Assembly (NCBI GenBank): GCA_965232105.1
Contig: OZ246956.1
Location: 4,596,408 to 4,660,407 of the forward strand
From: Thermoanaerobaculia bacterium
Lineage (GTDB): Bacteria; Acidobacteriota; Thermoanaerobaculia; Multivoradales; Multivoraceae
Direction: 5' to 3'
DNA length: 64,000 nucleotides
In this document: positions 9,777-19,538 of the stretch, one piece after another
How positions within the stretch are numbered: position 1 is the stretch's first letter
Layout: every line of letters begins with the position of its first letter
Notes under the pieces: model-generated
The model's input: only the letters and a program-made list of their open reading frames with translations
What the model was told of the DNA's origin: nothing
Database searches by the model: none
Position numbers and translations under genes: made by a program

Positions 9777-11867
9777 TTACTCCAGGGCCAACGCCACCAG
9801 GGCCGGACTTTGTTCCCCACGGCCGGTGCCCACGGTGAACGCCACGTACTGCCGCCCTTCGTGGAGATAGGTCATCGGCGTGCCGTGCGGCGTCGGTTCC
9901 ACCCGGTGCTCCCAGAGCTTCGCGCCGTCGCGCTTGGCGTAGGCGCGGATGTGACCGGCGTCGCCCATGAAGGTCATCCGGCTCGGGTCGTAGTCGGCCT
10001 GGATGATGAAGATCAGTTCCTTCGTCAGCACCAGGCCGCCGTTCGAGAGGATGCCGTGGGAATCGCTGCCCAGGTCGGGCAGATCGAGGTGGGCGATCTC
10101 GGGATGGTCCTTCGGGCCCGGGCCGTGGGCGACCTGCCAGAGGTGCTCGCCGGTGTTCAGATCGATCGCGGTGATCCGGCTGTAGGGCGGCTTGACCAGG
10201 GGAAGACCTCGCGGCCCCGCCACGATGCCGAGAGCGTCGACGTAGCGGAACTCGGAGCGGGCCGGGTCGGCCGGGCGCACGCCGAAGCTCATCACCTTGG
10301 TGATCGACGGCACGTAGAGGACGCCGGCCTCGGGATCGACCGCGGCGCCCCGCCAGTTCGCGCCGCCGGCGGCGGACGGCAGCGTCACCGCGCCGAGCTT
10401 GCCGCCCTCCTTGACCTCGAGCGGCGGAGTGAAGATCGGGCCGAGCACGTAGTCATCGACGATCTCGAGCGCCTCGGCGCGCAGTTCCGGCGTGAAGTCG
10501 ATCAGGTCGTCCTCGGTGAGTCCGAGCCGTTCGAAGGGCACGGGCTTCGTCGGCATCGGCTGGGTCGGCGAACTCCATTCGCCGGGGACCGTCGTCTGCG
10601 GCACCGGGATCTCGTCGATCGGCCACACGGGCTCGCCCGTTTCCCGGTCGAAGACGTAGGTGATGCCCTGCTTGCTGACCTGGGCCACCGCCCTGATCTC
10701 GCGGCCATCGACCGTCACGTCGACCAGGTTCGGGGCGGAAGCAAAGTCGTAGTCCCAAAGACCGTGGTGAACGGCCTGAAAGTGCCACTCTCGCTCACCC
10801 GTGCGGGCGTCCAGCGCCACGAGACTCTCCGCGAACAGGTTGTCGCCCGGCCGGTGCCCGCCGTACCAGTCGTTCGTCGGCGTCGACACCGGCAGGTAGA
10901 CCATGCCGAGCTCGTCGTCGCAGCTCATCATCGTCCACACGTTCGTGTTCCCTGAGTACTCCCAGGATCCGTCGAGCCAGGTGTCGTTGCCGAACTCGCC
11001 GGGCCGGGGAATCGTGTGGAAGATCCAGCGCATCTCGCCGGTGCGCACGTCGTAGCCGCGGACATGGCCCGGAGGCATCTTCGGGCCGCGCGGGCCGTCC
11101 GAGATGATCGAGCCGAGCACGATCACGTCGGCGCAGACGATCGGCGGCGCCGAGTGGGTGTACTGACTCTCGTTGATCTCCCGGCCCAGGCCGAGGGCGG
11201 TGTTCACCATGCCGCCATCGCCGAACGCCGGGTCCGGCGCGCCGGTGATCAGGTCGAGCGAGATCAGGCGCCGGTGGTGGGCCGCGTAGATCAGCCGTTC
11301 GACGGGTTCACCGTCGACTTCCCCGCTCCAGTACTCGAGTCCGCGCTGCTGGAAGCCGGCGTTGGCCGGACGACCGGCGTCGTAGCTCCTCGGGTCGTAG
11401 ACCCAGCGCGTTTCGCCCGTGGCCGGGTCGAGCGCCGCCACCTGGCTGAGGGAGGTCGTGATGTAGAGGGTGCCGTCGATGTAGAGCGGCGTGCTCTTGT
11501 ACATCCCGCCGCGGAACTCCGTGTCGGCCTCGGTTTCGACCGAGGCCCAGCGCCAGACTTCGCGCAGTTGGTCGACGTTGGCGGGGTTGATCTGGTCGAG
11601 CGGCGAGTACTTCGTCGACGCGCGGTCGGCGGCGTAGTGGCGCCACTCGCCGACCGGCGCCTGGGTGCCTGCATAGGCGTCGCCAGTGCGGTCGCTGCCG
11701 CAGGCCATTGCATGGAGAGACAGGAGGAGCACCGCGGCGGGCGAGAACACGCGGAAGCCGGAAGCCGACCAGAGGGCCGGCGCACCCACTGTGCGGGCGC
11801 CGTGCCGAGAGCCGGATGCCGGCGGGGACGCCGGCGCACCCAGTAGGGAGGCGTTGTTCGTGGTCAT
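9777..11867 (-). CDS. PQQ-dependent dehydrogenase (glucose/quinate dehydrogenase-like), lipoprotein
   Basis: YSPLDQINPANV, STPL, HHGLWDYD, AGGANW, TPMTY motifs; lipobox AMAC; start may be GTG 11750. Confidence 0.9.
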   Translation of the reverse strand: MTTNNASLLGAPASPPASGSRHGARTVGAPALWSASGFRVFSPAAVLLLSLHAMACGSDRTGDAYAGTQAPVGEWRHYAADRASTKYSPLDQINPANVDQLREVWRWASVETEADTEFRGGMYKSTPLYIDGTLYITTSLSQVAALDPATGETRWVYDPRSYDAGRPANAGFQQRGLEYWSGEVDGEPVERLIYAAHHRRLISLDLITGAPDPAFGDGGMVNTALGLGREINESQYTHSAPPIVCADVIVLGSIISDGPRGPKMPPGHVRGYDVRTGEMRWIFHTIPRPGEFGNDTWLDGSWEYSGNTNVWTMMSCDDELGMVYLPVSTPTNDWYGGHRPGDNLFAESLVALDARTGEREWHFQAVHHGLWDYDFASAPNLVDVTVDGREIRAVAQVSKQGITYVFDRETGEPVWPIDEIPVPQTTVPGEWSSPTQPMPTKPVPFERLGLTEDDLIDFTPELRAEALEIVDDYVLGPIFTPPLEVKEGGKLGAVTLPSAAGGANWRGAAVDPEAGVLYVPSITKVMSFGVRPADPARSEFRYVDALGIVAGPRGLPLVKPPYSRITAIDLNTGEHLWQVAHGPGPKDHPEIAHLDLPDLGSDSHGILSNGGLVLTKELIFIIQADYDPSRMTFMGDAGHIRAYAKRDGAKLWEHRVEPTPHGTPMTYLHEGRQYVAFTVGTGRGEQSPALVALALE
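11757..11844 (-). repeat. Two tandem REP-like palindromes
   Basis: Minus strand ACTGGGTGCGCCGGCGTCCCCGCCGGCATCCGGC and AGTGGGTGCGCCGGCCCTCTGGTCGGCTTCCGGC. Confidence 0.8.
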
Positions 11868-11937
11868 CCGGCGAGTCTACGCGTCCATCTTGTACGCTAA
11901 GCGGCCCTCAACAACACGGCGCAACAGGAGAAGAGCA

Positions 11938-13233
11938 ATGGCGTGGGACTTCGAAACGGACCCTGAGTTTCAGGACAAGCTGGACTGGATGGACGAGTTC
12001 GTCCGGGACGAGATCGAGCCGTTGCGGTTCGTCCTCGGCAGCCCCTACGACCTCTCCTGCCCGAACCGCCAGAAGCTGATCCCGCCGCTCCAGGAGGAGG
12101 TCAAGAAACGACAGCTCTGGGCCTGCCACCTGGGGCCCGACCTCGGCGGCCAGGGGTACGGCCAGGTCAAGCTGGCGCTGATGAACGAGATCCTCGGCCG
12201 ATCGCCGCACGCGCCGATCGTCTTCGGCTGCCAGGCGCCGGACTCGGGCAACGCGGAGATCCTCGCCCACTACGGCACGGACGAGCAGAAGGCGCGTTTC
12301 CTGCAGCCCCTGCTCGACAACCAGATCGTCTCCGCCTACTCGATGACCGAGCCGCACGGCGGCTCCGATCCGAAGGTGTTCAAGACGAGCGCCGTCCTCG
12401 ACGGCGACGAGTGGGTGATCAACGGCGAGAAGTGGTTCTCCTCGAACGCACGCTACGCCTCCTTCCTGATCGTCATGGTGGTCACCGACCCGGAGGCTCC
12501 GCCCTACAACAAGATGTCCATGTTCCTGGTGCCAAAGGAGACGCCGGGCGTCAGAATCGTCCGCAACGTCGGCGTCGGCACGGGGACCGAGGAGGGCTCG
12601 CACGGCTACGTCCGCTACACGGACGTCCGGATCCCCAAGGATCACCTGCTGGGCCAGCGCGGACAGGGCTTCGTCGTCGCCCAGACCCGCCTCGGCGGCG
12701 GCCGCATTCACCACGCGATGCGGACGATCGCCAAGGTGCGCACCGCTTTCGACCAGATGTGCGAGCGGGTGCTCTCCCGCGAGACCCAGGGCGAGCTGCT
12801 GGCGCAGAAGCAACTCGTGCAGGAGAAGATCGCCGACTCCTGGACCCAGATCGAACAGTTCCGGCTCTTCGTGCTCCAGACCGCCTGGAAGATCGACAAG
12901 TACAAGGACTACCGGATGGTCCGCAAGGACATCTCGGCGGTCAAGACGGTCATGCCGAAGGTCTACCTCGACGTCTTCTCACGGGCGCTGATGATCCACG
13001 GCTCGCTCGGCGTCTCGAACGAGATGCCCTACTCGGCGGGCGTCATCGACTCGTTCCACATGGCCCTGGCGGACGGTCCGACCGAGGTCCACAAGGTCAC
13101 GGTGGCGCGCCAACTCCTGCGCGAGTACGCGGGCACGGACGACCTGTTCCCGACCACCCACCTGCCGAAGCTGCGGCAGGCGGCGTACGACAAGTACGCC
13201 GGCGTGCTGGAGCAGGAAGTGGCGGCGCTGTAA
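11938..13233 (+). CDS. Acyl-CoA dehydrogenase
   Basis: APDSGNAEIL, YSMTEP, INGEKWFSSNA, RLGGGRIHH, ADGPTEVH; AGGAG RBS before ATG 11938. Confidence 0.93.
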   Translation: MAWDFETDPEFQDKLDWMDEFVRDEIEPLRFVLGSPYDLSCPNRQKLIPPLQEEVKKRQLWACHLGPDLGGQGYGQVKLALMNEILGRSPHAPIVFGCQAPDSGNAEILAHYGTDEQKARFLQPLLDNQIVSAYSMTEPHGGSDPKVFKTSAVLDGDEWVINGEKWFSSNARYASFLIVMVVTDPEAPPYNKMSMFLVPKETPGVRIVRNVGVGTGTEEGSHGYVRYTDVRIPKDHLLGQRGQGFVVAQTRLGGGRIHHAMRTIAKVRTAFDQMCERVLSRETQGELLAQKQLVQEKIADSWTQIEQFRLFVLQTAWKIDKYKDYRMVRKDISAVKTVMPKVYLDVFSRALMIHGSLGVSNEMPYSAGVIDSFHMALADGPTEVHKVTVARQLLREYAGTDDLFPTTHLPKLRQAAYDKYAGVLEQEVAAL

Positions 13234-13245
13234 GACAGACAAGGT

Positions 13246-13302
13246 CGCCGCTTCGCGGCGCATCGTCTTCCAGAAGCCGGCCAGAGGGCCGGCGCACCCA
13301 GT
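13246..13302 (-). repeat. REP-like element between convergent genes
   Basis: Minus strand ACTGGGTGCGCCGGCCCTCTGGCCGGC followed by CGCCGCGAAGCGGCG. Confidence 0.8.
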
Positions 13303-13322
13303 GGCGGCGCTGTAGGCCGCAG

Positions 13323-13664
13323 CTAGGCGTGCGCCATGGCCGTGGCGCGGACGCCAAGACCGGCCACGACCGCGAACAGCAGCGCGAAGACCAGGTTCGC
13401 GATGCCGCCGGTTTCGCCCATCAGGCCCATCACCGCGAGAACGAGCAGCGCCACCGCGGTCAGAATCGAGAAGACGTTGCCCATCTTCTGGGCATCTTCC
13501 TCGCTGCCCCCCATGCAGCCGATGCGGACCAGGAAAAAGGTCAGCACGGCGAAGAAGGCCAGCAGGTTCCACCAGGAGCCGGCGGCGGCGTCGACCATGG
13601 CCTGACTGGCCCACCAACCGGCGCCGAGAAGGTACGCGATCGCAAACAGGAAGTTCTTCAACAT
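13323..13664 (-). CDS. Small membrane protein (about 4 TM), unknown function
   Basis: Four hydrophobic segments starting MLKNFLFAIAYLLG; GC3-rich codons. Confidence 0.65.
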   Translation of the reverse strand: MLKNFLFAIAYLLGAGWWASQAMVDAAAGSWWNLLAFFAVLTFFLVRIGCMGGSEEDAQKMGNVFSILTAVALLVLAVMGLMGETGGIANLVFALLFAVVAGLGVRATAMAHA

Positions 13665-13860
13665 GGCGAACGGGAATCTAGCCGACCGGCCCCGGATCGG
13701 CAAGCCCGGCGGGTCTTCCCAAGCGCCGGGACCGCTCGATCGAGTAGCGGAACACACACGTTCCTCACCGGACCTTCACACGCCAGCGTGCTAACGTCTC
13801 GCGTTCACCGAATCGTCACTCCCCGGGCCCCGGCCCGGCCTTCCGACGGAGGCACCCGAC

Positions 13861-14379
13861 ATGCTCCTCGATCTCGCCAAGAACCGTTCGATCCTCGTTG
13901 TGGCGGCAGCCGCGCTTCTGCTCTTCTTCGCCGGCTGCGCCGCGGAATCCGGTGAGGACCACGCGGACCACGACCACGCGGAAGGTGACATGGATCACGC
14001 CGAAGAAGTGGCCGATGACGGTGAGCCGAGGGTCTACTTCGTGGGGCTGGAGAACCACGCCACGATCCCGAGCCTGGTCAACCTGCAGTTCGCGGCCGAG
14101 AACTTCATCATCGAACCGGTAGGCGACGGCGCGATCAACGAGGGCGCCGGCCACTACCACATCGCGATCGACGGTGAGTGCCTGGAGCCCGGCATCGTGA
14201 TCCCCACCGCCGACCCGTGGATCCACTTCGGTGACGGCTCGGACTCGATCGAACTCGAGCTGGGCCCCGGCGAGCACTACCTCTGCCTGCAGATCGGCGA
14301 TGGCGAGCACCGCACGCTCGACGAGCCCGGTCTCTCGCAGTACATCATGGTGCACGTCGAAGAAGAGGCGGCCGAGTAA
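13861..14379 (+). CDS. DUF4399-family lipoprotein with His/Asp-rich linker
   Basis: Lipobox FAGC; GHYHIAID, IHFGDG, LELGPGEHYLCLQIGDGEH; GGAGG RBS. Confidence 0.8.
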   Translation: MLLDLAKNRSILVVAAAALLLFFAGCAAESGEDHADHDHAEGDMDHAEEVADDGEPRVYFVGLENHATIPSLVNLQFAAENFIIEPVGDGAINEGAGHYHIAIDGECLEPGIVIPTADPWIHFGDGSDSIELELGPGEHYLCLQIGDGEHRTLDEPGLSQYIMVHVEEEAAE

Positions 14380-14383
14380 CCCG

Positions 14384-16435
14384 CTACTCGAAGAAAAACG
14401 GGCTCGTCCAGGCGGCGCCACCGTCAGTCTGGACGACGCGCAGGTAGAGATAACCGCCGGACCGAAAGGCGGGCAGTGTGACCGTCAGGCTGCACTCGCG
14501 CTCCCGTTCCGGGCACAGGGCTTCGCCCGCGATCGCGCCGGTGCCGGTCGCACTCGGGCGGCTGATCACGTCGATCCGGGCGATCTCGGCCGGCGCCACC
14601 GCCCGCACCACGAGCGTGCCTTCCGGCACGCCGGCAATCGGCCCCACTTCACCGGCGGCTGCCGCGGCGGCCGGGATGTCGGCGCCGATCGGCCAGCCGG
14701 CGTAGCTCGCGCGGACCACGATCCGCGGTCCGTTCGTCGCGTATGTACGGCGAGCCCGCAGCGCTTCGTGTATCCCTTCCCGCGTCGCGTCGTCGGCGAG
14801 GATCGCCGCCACCCCGCCGCTGGGAGACGCGAGGTGCCCGAGACCGGGATGGCCGTCATGGCCGTCGCTCGAGCCGACGAATCCCAGCCGGTAGCCATGG
14901 TCGAGCGCGTCACGCACGTAGTTGCCCTGGAGGGCGCCCCGGACCACCACGCCGGGTGAGTCCGCCGACTCGCTCGACCCGTGGACCGAGACGATCTCGG
15001 TGACCGGCTCCAGTCCGGGCGGAGGCTCCTGCGACCAGTCCGTGGGAATCGGATCGCCGGCCGAATGGTGGGCGAAAGTCAGTGCGCGAACCCCGTCAAG
15101 CCCCGCCCACAGCTCGTGCGCCTCGCCGTAGCTCTCGTCGATCGAACTCAGGAGCAGACCGGCCGCCGCCTCGGTGGTCGGTTCGAAGAAGACGACGTGC
15201 CGGTGACCCTCGACCCAGTTCGTCCACTCGTATCCCGCAAGCGCCACGAAGCGGCCGGGATCGTGCAGGCGATCGACGGCGTCCAGCGTCCGCCTCCAGA
15301 TCGCCGGTTCGCGGTCCATGAAGCGCATGCCCCAGTGGTCGTGGTCGGTCACCGCCGCCGCGTCCAGGGCCGCGATCTCGCGGGCGTAGCGCAGGAGGTC
15401 GTCCGGGGTCGCCGAGCCGTCGGAGAGGCCGGAGTGATTCTGGAGGTCCGCCCACAGAATGCGCCGGCCGGCCGGTGAGACGAGGAGGGGAGTGCTCTCG
15501 GCTTCGAAGCCGGCGCCCGCCGAGCCGCCGTCTGCTCTACCCACCACGCGCACCACGCCGCCCAGTTCGGCGGAGAGCCGGAGCGGGACGACGAGGCGGC
15601 CGCGGTCCTCCTCCGCCAACGCCAGGGACACGACCCTCCGGGTAGCGCCGTCCCCGCCCGGTCTGTCGCGGCCGTCAGCCACCGCGACGCCCGCAGGCAG
15701 CCGCAGTTCGAGCGTGCCGCGAAACTCGGGCCAGCCGTTGCCGGCCGCATCGACCAGGGCCGCGACCAGGTCGACCGACTCCCCTGGTCGCGCCGTCGAC
15801 GGCAGGTGCAGCAGCAGGCGCGACGCCGGCCCCGGCAGCACGTCGACCGCGGGGGACTCCGAGATCAGCTCTCGCACGCCATCGCCGTCGCCGTCGACGG
15901 CCACCCAGAACCGGGAGTCCCGCTCCGCATACCGGTCCGCCAACGCGCCCGCGGGCCCGGCGCCGTAGGTGATCTCGATCAGCTCCCCTTCTTCCAACGC
16001 CCGGCCGCGGACATGGATGGCCAGCAACTGTTGATCGAGCGTCTCGGCCGACAGATCGACACCTCCGGCGTCCGTTGCAATCGTCGTGTAGCCCAAGGCC
16101 GCTTCGCGCTCCGTCTGCGGTGTGCTCCAACCCCAGAACGGCGATACCTGGAGGTAGACCGCACCGCCAACCGCTACGCCAAGCGGCCCCGCCCGATACA
16201 CGATGCGCCACGTCCCCGGCCGGCCCGCGACCGCTGGTCCGCTGATCTCCTCGACGGAAGCAGTGCCGCCGCCGTCCGACTCCGCGCGAGGCCTCGAGAG
16301 ATCGGCACGGAGCTCTTCGACGATCTCGACCCGCGGCGACCGGTCAGGCCAGTCACCGCCCGAGGCCTCATCCGGCGCGGGCCCACACGCCGCAACCGCC
16401 AGAACCGGGGCCATAGCGAATCCGAGAGCGCGCAC
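14384..16435 (-). CDS. PHP-like metallohydrolase (CehA/McbA or DUF3604-like), lipoprotein
   Basis: WADLQNHSGLSDG, AVTDHDH, GYEWT, GHRHV, GSSDGHDGHPG, RRTYATNG; lipobox VAACG; start 16435 (GTG) or 16414. Confidence 0.8.
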   Translation of the reverse strand: MRALGFAMAPVLAVAACGPAPDEASGGDWPDRSPRVEIVEELRADLSRPRAESDGGGTASVEEISGPAVAGRPGTWRIVYRAGPLGVAVGGAVYLQVSPFWGWSTPQTEREAALGYTTIATDAGGVDLSAETLDQQLLAIHVRGRALEEGELIEITYGAGPAGALADRYAERDSRFWVAVDGDGDGVRELISESPAVDVLPGPASRLLLHLPSTARPGESVDLVAALVDAAGNGWPEFRGTLELRLPAGVAVADGRDRPGGDGATRRVVSLALAEEDRGRLVVPLRLSAELGGVVRVVGRADGGSAGAGFEAESTPLLVSPAGRRILWADLQNHSGLSDGSATPDDLLRYAREIAALDAAAVTDHDHWGMRFMDREPAIWRRTLDAVDRLHDPGRFVALAGYEWTNWVEGHRHVVFFEPTTEAAAGLLLSSIDESYGEAHELWAGLDGVRALTFAHHSAGDPIPTDWSQEPPPGLEPVTEIVSVHGSSESADSPGVVVRGALQGNYVRDALDHGYRLGFVGSSDGHDGHPGLGHLASPSGGVAAILADDATREGIHEALRARRTYATNGPRIVVRASYAGWPIGADIPAAAAAAGEVGPIAGVPEGTLVVRAVAPAEIARIDVISRPSATGTGAIAGEALCPERERECSLTVTLPAFRSGGYLYLRVVQTDGGAAWTSPFFFE

Positions 16436-16486
16436 CCGGGAGATCTTCTCACGACCGCGAGAACGGCTGTAGTCTGGCCAACGCCC

Positions 16487-17050
16487 ATGCCCTTCAAGAT
16501 CGCCTTCATCGGCACCCACGGAGTCGGCAAGACGACCCTCGCCTACGGTCTGGCCGCGCGCCTGAAACGCCGGGACATCAACCTCGATGTCGTCGTCGAG
16601 GTGGCGCGCCGCTGCCCGCTGCCGCTCAACGAGCGGACGACCCTGGAGGCGCAGTCGTGGATCCTTCACTCCCAGATCGCGGACGAACTCGTGGCGGAAG
16701 CGCGCGCGCCGGTCGTGATCTGCGACCGCAGCGTGCTCGACAACTACGTCTACCTGCTGTTCGCCCGCGGCCGCCAACCGCCGCTCGAACCGCTGATCGA
16801 GTCCTGGTGCGCGACGTACGGCCTGTTGGTCTACGTACCCATCCTGCACGGCAGCGAGGCTCAGGCGGACGGCATCCGCGCTACCGACCCCGCCTTCCGT
16901 CAGCAGATCGACGACCGACTCTGGAACGAACTGGAGGATCGAAGGATCCCGGTTCTGGCCCTGCACCCCGAACAACGCGCCAAGTGGCTGGACACAGCGG
17001 AAGAGGCCGTGGCGAACGAGCTCCGCATGCCCCAACTCGATCTGCTGTGA
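16487..17050 (+). CDS. AAA_28/NadR-like P-loop NTPase
   Basis: IAFIGTHGVGKTT Walker A, EVAR, CDRSVLD. Confidence 0.85.
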   Translation: MPFKIAFIGTHGVGKTTLAYGLAARLKRRDINLDVVVEVARRCPLPLNERTTLEAQSWILHSQIADELVAEARAPVVICDRSVLDNYVYLLFARGRQPPLEPLIESWCATYGLLVYVPILHGSEAQADGIRATDPAFRQQIDDRLWNELEDRRIPVLALHPEQRAKWLDTAEEAVANELRMPQLDLL

Positions 17051-17175
17051 AGTGCCGGCGGCGCGCGTATACTCACGCCCCGAAAACGCTCGACACCGAA
17101 CACCGATACGCATTGACGACCGTGACTGCGGCCCCTCAGGCGAGCCGCAGGTCGACGAGCCCGAGAGGAGCCGCC

Positions 17176-18342
17176 ATGTCCCGTCCCTACCTTCGCACCG
17201 AACTCTGCGACATGCTGGGTATCGAGTATCCCGTTTTTTCCGCCGGCATGGGTCCGGTTGCGGGCGGCGCCGAACCCGTCGCCAAGGCCGAACTGGTGGC
17301 CGCCGTTTCCGAGGCTGGCGGTCTGGGCGTGATCGGAGGCGTTGCCTACAGCCCCGAGGACCTGCGGGCCGAAATCAACAAGGTGCGCGCGAAGACGGAC
17401 AAGCCGTTCGGGGTCGACCTGCTGCTGGCTTCGAACTTCCTCGAGAAGGCAGGCACCGGACCGACCTCGGCGACGGCGCCGACCCGCGACCTGGTGCCGA
17501 CGGAAACACGCGACGCACTCAGGAAGATGGCCGAGCACCTGGGTATCGAGTGGATCGAGGCGCCTCCCCCGGAGCCGAGTTGGGCGGTTCCCGAGGGCAA
17601 GAGCTACGCCGGCGCCCAGATGGAAGTCCTGCTGGAGGAGAAAGTGCCCGTGTTCGCCTCCGGTCTCGGTTCCCCGGCGCCCTTCTCGAGAGCGCTGAAG
17701 GACGCCGGCATCAAGATCGTCTCCCTGGTCGGTAACGCCCGCGCCGCGCGTCGCGTGGCCGACGGCGGCGCCGACATCGTGGTCGCCCAGGGCACCGAGG
17801 CGGGCGGTCACACCGGCAAGATCGGCACCCTGGCGCTTCTGCCCCAGGTCATGGACGCGGTGGCGCCGCTGCCCGTCGTCGCGGCGGGCGGCGTCGCCGA
17901 CGGCCGCGGACTGGCGGCGGTCATCGCGGCCGGCGCGATCGGCGGCTGGTGCGGCACCGCCTTCCTGGTTTCCGACGAGGCGAACCAGCCCGCACTGCAG
18001 AAGGAACGCATCATCGATGCATCCACCGAAGACACGGTCGTGACCAGGCTCTACAGCGGCAAGACGATGCGCAACATCACGAACCCGCTGATCGAGTCCT
18101 GGGAGCAGAGCGGCATCCGGGCCCTCCCGATGGGGCTCCAGGGCGTTCTCACGCGCGACCTGCTCCACTCCATCAGCACCGCCGGCAGGGACGACCTGCT
18201 GATGAACGCCGCCGGGCAGACGTCGGGCATGCTGACGAAGACCCGGCCGGCGAGCGAGATCCTCCACGAGATGGTCGCGGACGCCTCGCACCTCCTGGGT
18301 GCGCGGCTCTCGGAACGGGTTCAGGTCCAGGTCGCTGTGTAA
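17176..18342 (+). CDS. Nitronate monooxygenase / FabK-like flavin oxidoreductase
   Basis: AVSEAGGLG, AQGTEAGGH, AAGGVADGRG; GAGGAG RBS. Confidence 0.9.
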   Translation: MSRPYLRTELCDMLGIEYPVFSAGMGPVAGGAEPVAKAELVAAVSEAGGLGVIGGVAYSPEDLRAEINKVRAKTDKPFGVDLLLASNFLEKAGTGPTSATAPTRDLVPTETRDALRKMAEHLGIEWIEAPPPEPSWAVPEGKSYAGAQMEVLLEEKVPVFASGLGSPAPFSRALKDAGIKIVSLVGNARAARRVADGGADIVVAQGTEAGGHTGKIGTLALLPQVMDAVAPLPVVAAGGVADGRGLAAVIAAGAIGGWCGTAFLVSDEANQPALQKERIIDASTEDTVVTRLYSGKTMRNITNPLIESWEQSGIRALPMGLQGVLTRDLLHSISTAGRDDLLMNAAGQTSGMLTKTRPASEILHEMVADASHLLGARLSERVQVQVAV

Positions 18343-18343
18343 C

Positions 18344-18360
18344 CACTGCGTGCGCCGGCC
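18344..18360 (+). repeat. Partial REP-like element
   Basis: CACTGCGTGCGCCGGCC between convergent stops. Confidence 0.45.
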
Positions 18361-19451
18361 TACCAGCGTCGCGCGTCAGGCTCGATCGCCTCGAGGTCGA
18401 AGCAGTCGTAACCCGCCTGATGCCGCCAGAAGCGCTCCCGGTACGGGTACGTCCGCAGTGACGCCTGGTCCGTGGGCGCGTCGAGGCTGAACGTTGCGCA
18501 GAGTTCGTATGCCTTCTCCCCGGTGGTCCGGAAGGCGTAGGGCTCCCGGGTCTCCGGATCGACGATCGACACGATGTTGATGTCGCGTTCGCTGCTGAGC
18601 GCTTCCAGACTCGCGGGCAGGGAATCGCTCCTCTCCCAGTAGATGTCCACGCCCCGGACGATGTCCCGCAGGTTCCCCACCCGGGCCACATCGAGTCCCC
18701 GTTCGCGCGCCGTTCCGGGCGAACCGACGACAACCAGTCCCAGAACCACCGCGACGACGACGGAGACCGCGGATGCCCCGGCGAAGATCGCGGGCAACCG
18801 GGGCGCCTGACCGCCTTCGGCCGTCTCGACGTCATCCTGGCGCAGGTCCCAGAAGTAGTAGCCGAAGACGCTGCCCGCGATGGCGGCAACGACCGCCACC
18901 TTCAGGAGGAACCGCACGGCCAGTTCGCCGCCAAGGCCGAAGAAGACCAGGGCGATCAGGTCCCCGGCCAGGACGCCCGCCGCGACGAACAGGGTCAGGT
19001 ACGTGAGCCACTTCCTGATCCGCGACGAGCGGAGTTCCGGATCGCCCCGCAGTGCGCACCGCACCCGCCGCTGAATCAGCAGGAAGGCCGGGAAGGAGAT
19101 GACGAGATACGCCAGACCCCAGCGCAGCATCTCGGCGGAGGCCGCAGCCGGCGGCGTAAAGGCCACGTCCGTGAAGGCACGATTGATCAGCACGAACATC
19201 ACGTTGCCGAAGCTGATCGCCGCCGTGTAGAGGGCGGCGAAGAGGACCAGGTAGAGAAAGGCCTCACGGGCGCCCAGGTACGGTCGGGGCCGCGGGATCG
19301 GCGCCACGAAGTCGCGGTCGACCCAGGCGGCGAGCGCCTTGTCGATGTCCGCCGGTCGCCAACTCGCGTCGGCCAGTGCTTCCCTGATCTCCTCGTGGCT
19401 GGCGCCGCGCGACAGCGCCTCCCTTGTAAATCGGCTCAGTTCTTCGTTCAC
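18360..19451 (-). CDS. DUF5671-like membrane protein
   Basis: REAFLYL, IRKWLTYLTLF, C-terminal DPET...YELCATF; GAGGAG before GTG. Confidence 0.75.
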   Translation of the reverse strand: MNEELSRFTREALSRGASHEEIREALADASWRPADIDKALAAWVDRDFVAPIPRPRPYLGAREAFLYLVLFAALYTAAISFGNVMFVLINRAFTDVAFTPPAAASAEMLRWGLAYLVISFPAFLLIQRRVRCALRGDPELRSSRIRKWLTYLTLFVAAGVLAGDLIALVFFGLGGELAVRFLLKVAVVAAIAGSVFGYYFWDLRQDDVETAEGGQAPRLPAIFAGASAVSVVVAVVLGLVVVGSPGTARERGLDVARVGNLRDIVRGVDIYWERSDSLPASLEALSSERDINIVSIVDPETREPYAFRTTGEKAYELCATFSLDAPTDQASLRTYPYRERFWRHQAGYDCFDLEAIEPDARRW

Positions 19452-19467
19452 GGTGTCTCCTCGGCGC

Positions 19468-19512
19468 TGTTGACAACGTCAACATACACCGCTACCGGCG
19501 ACGGTGTCAACA
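19468..19512. promoter_or_regulatory. Palindromic operator-like site in divergent intergenic region
   Basis: TGTTGAC-AAC-GTCAACA at 19468-19484 and an extra GTCAACA half-site at 19506-19512. Confidence 0.5.
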
Positions 19513-19538
19513 GGCAAAGCGGCGCTATCATCCGCGCC

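Noticed and set aside
17100-17170. Hairpin with CCTCAGG suggesting a glycine riboswitch
   Set aside because: Lacks the GGAGA and CCGAAG core in the correct order
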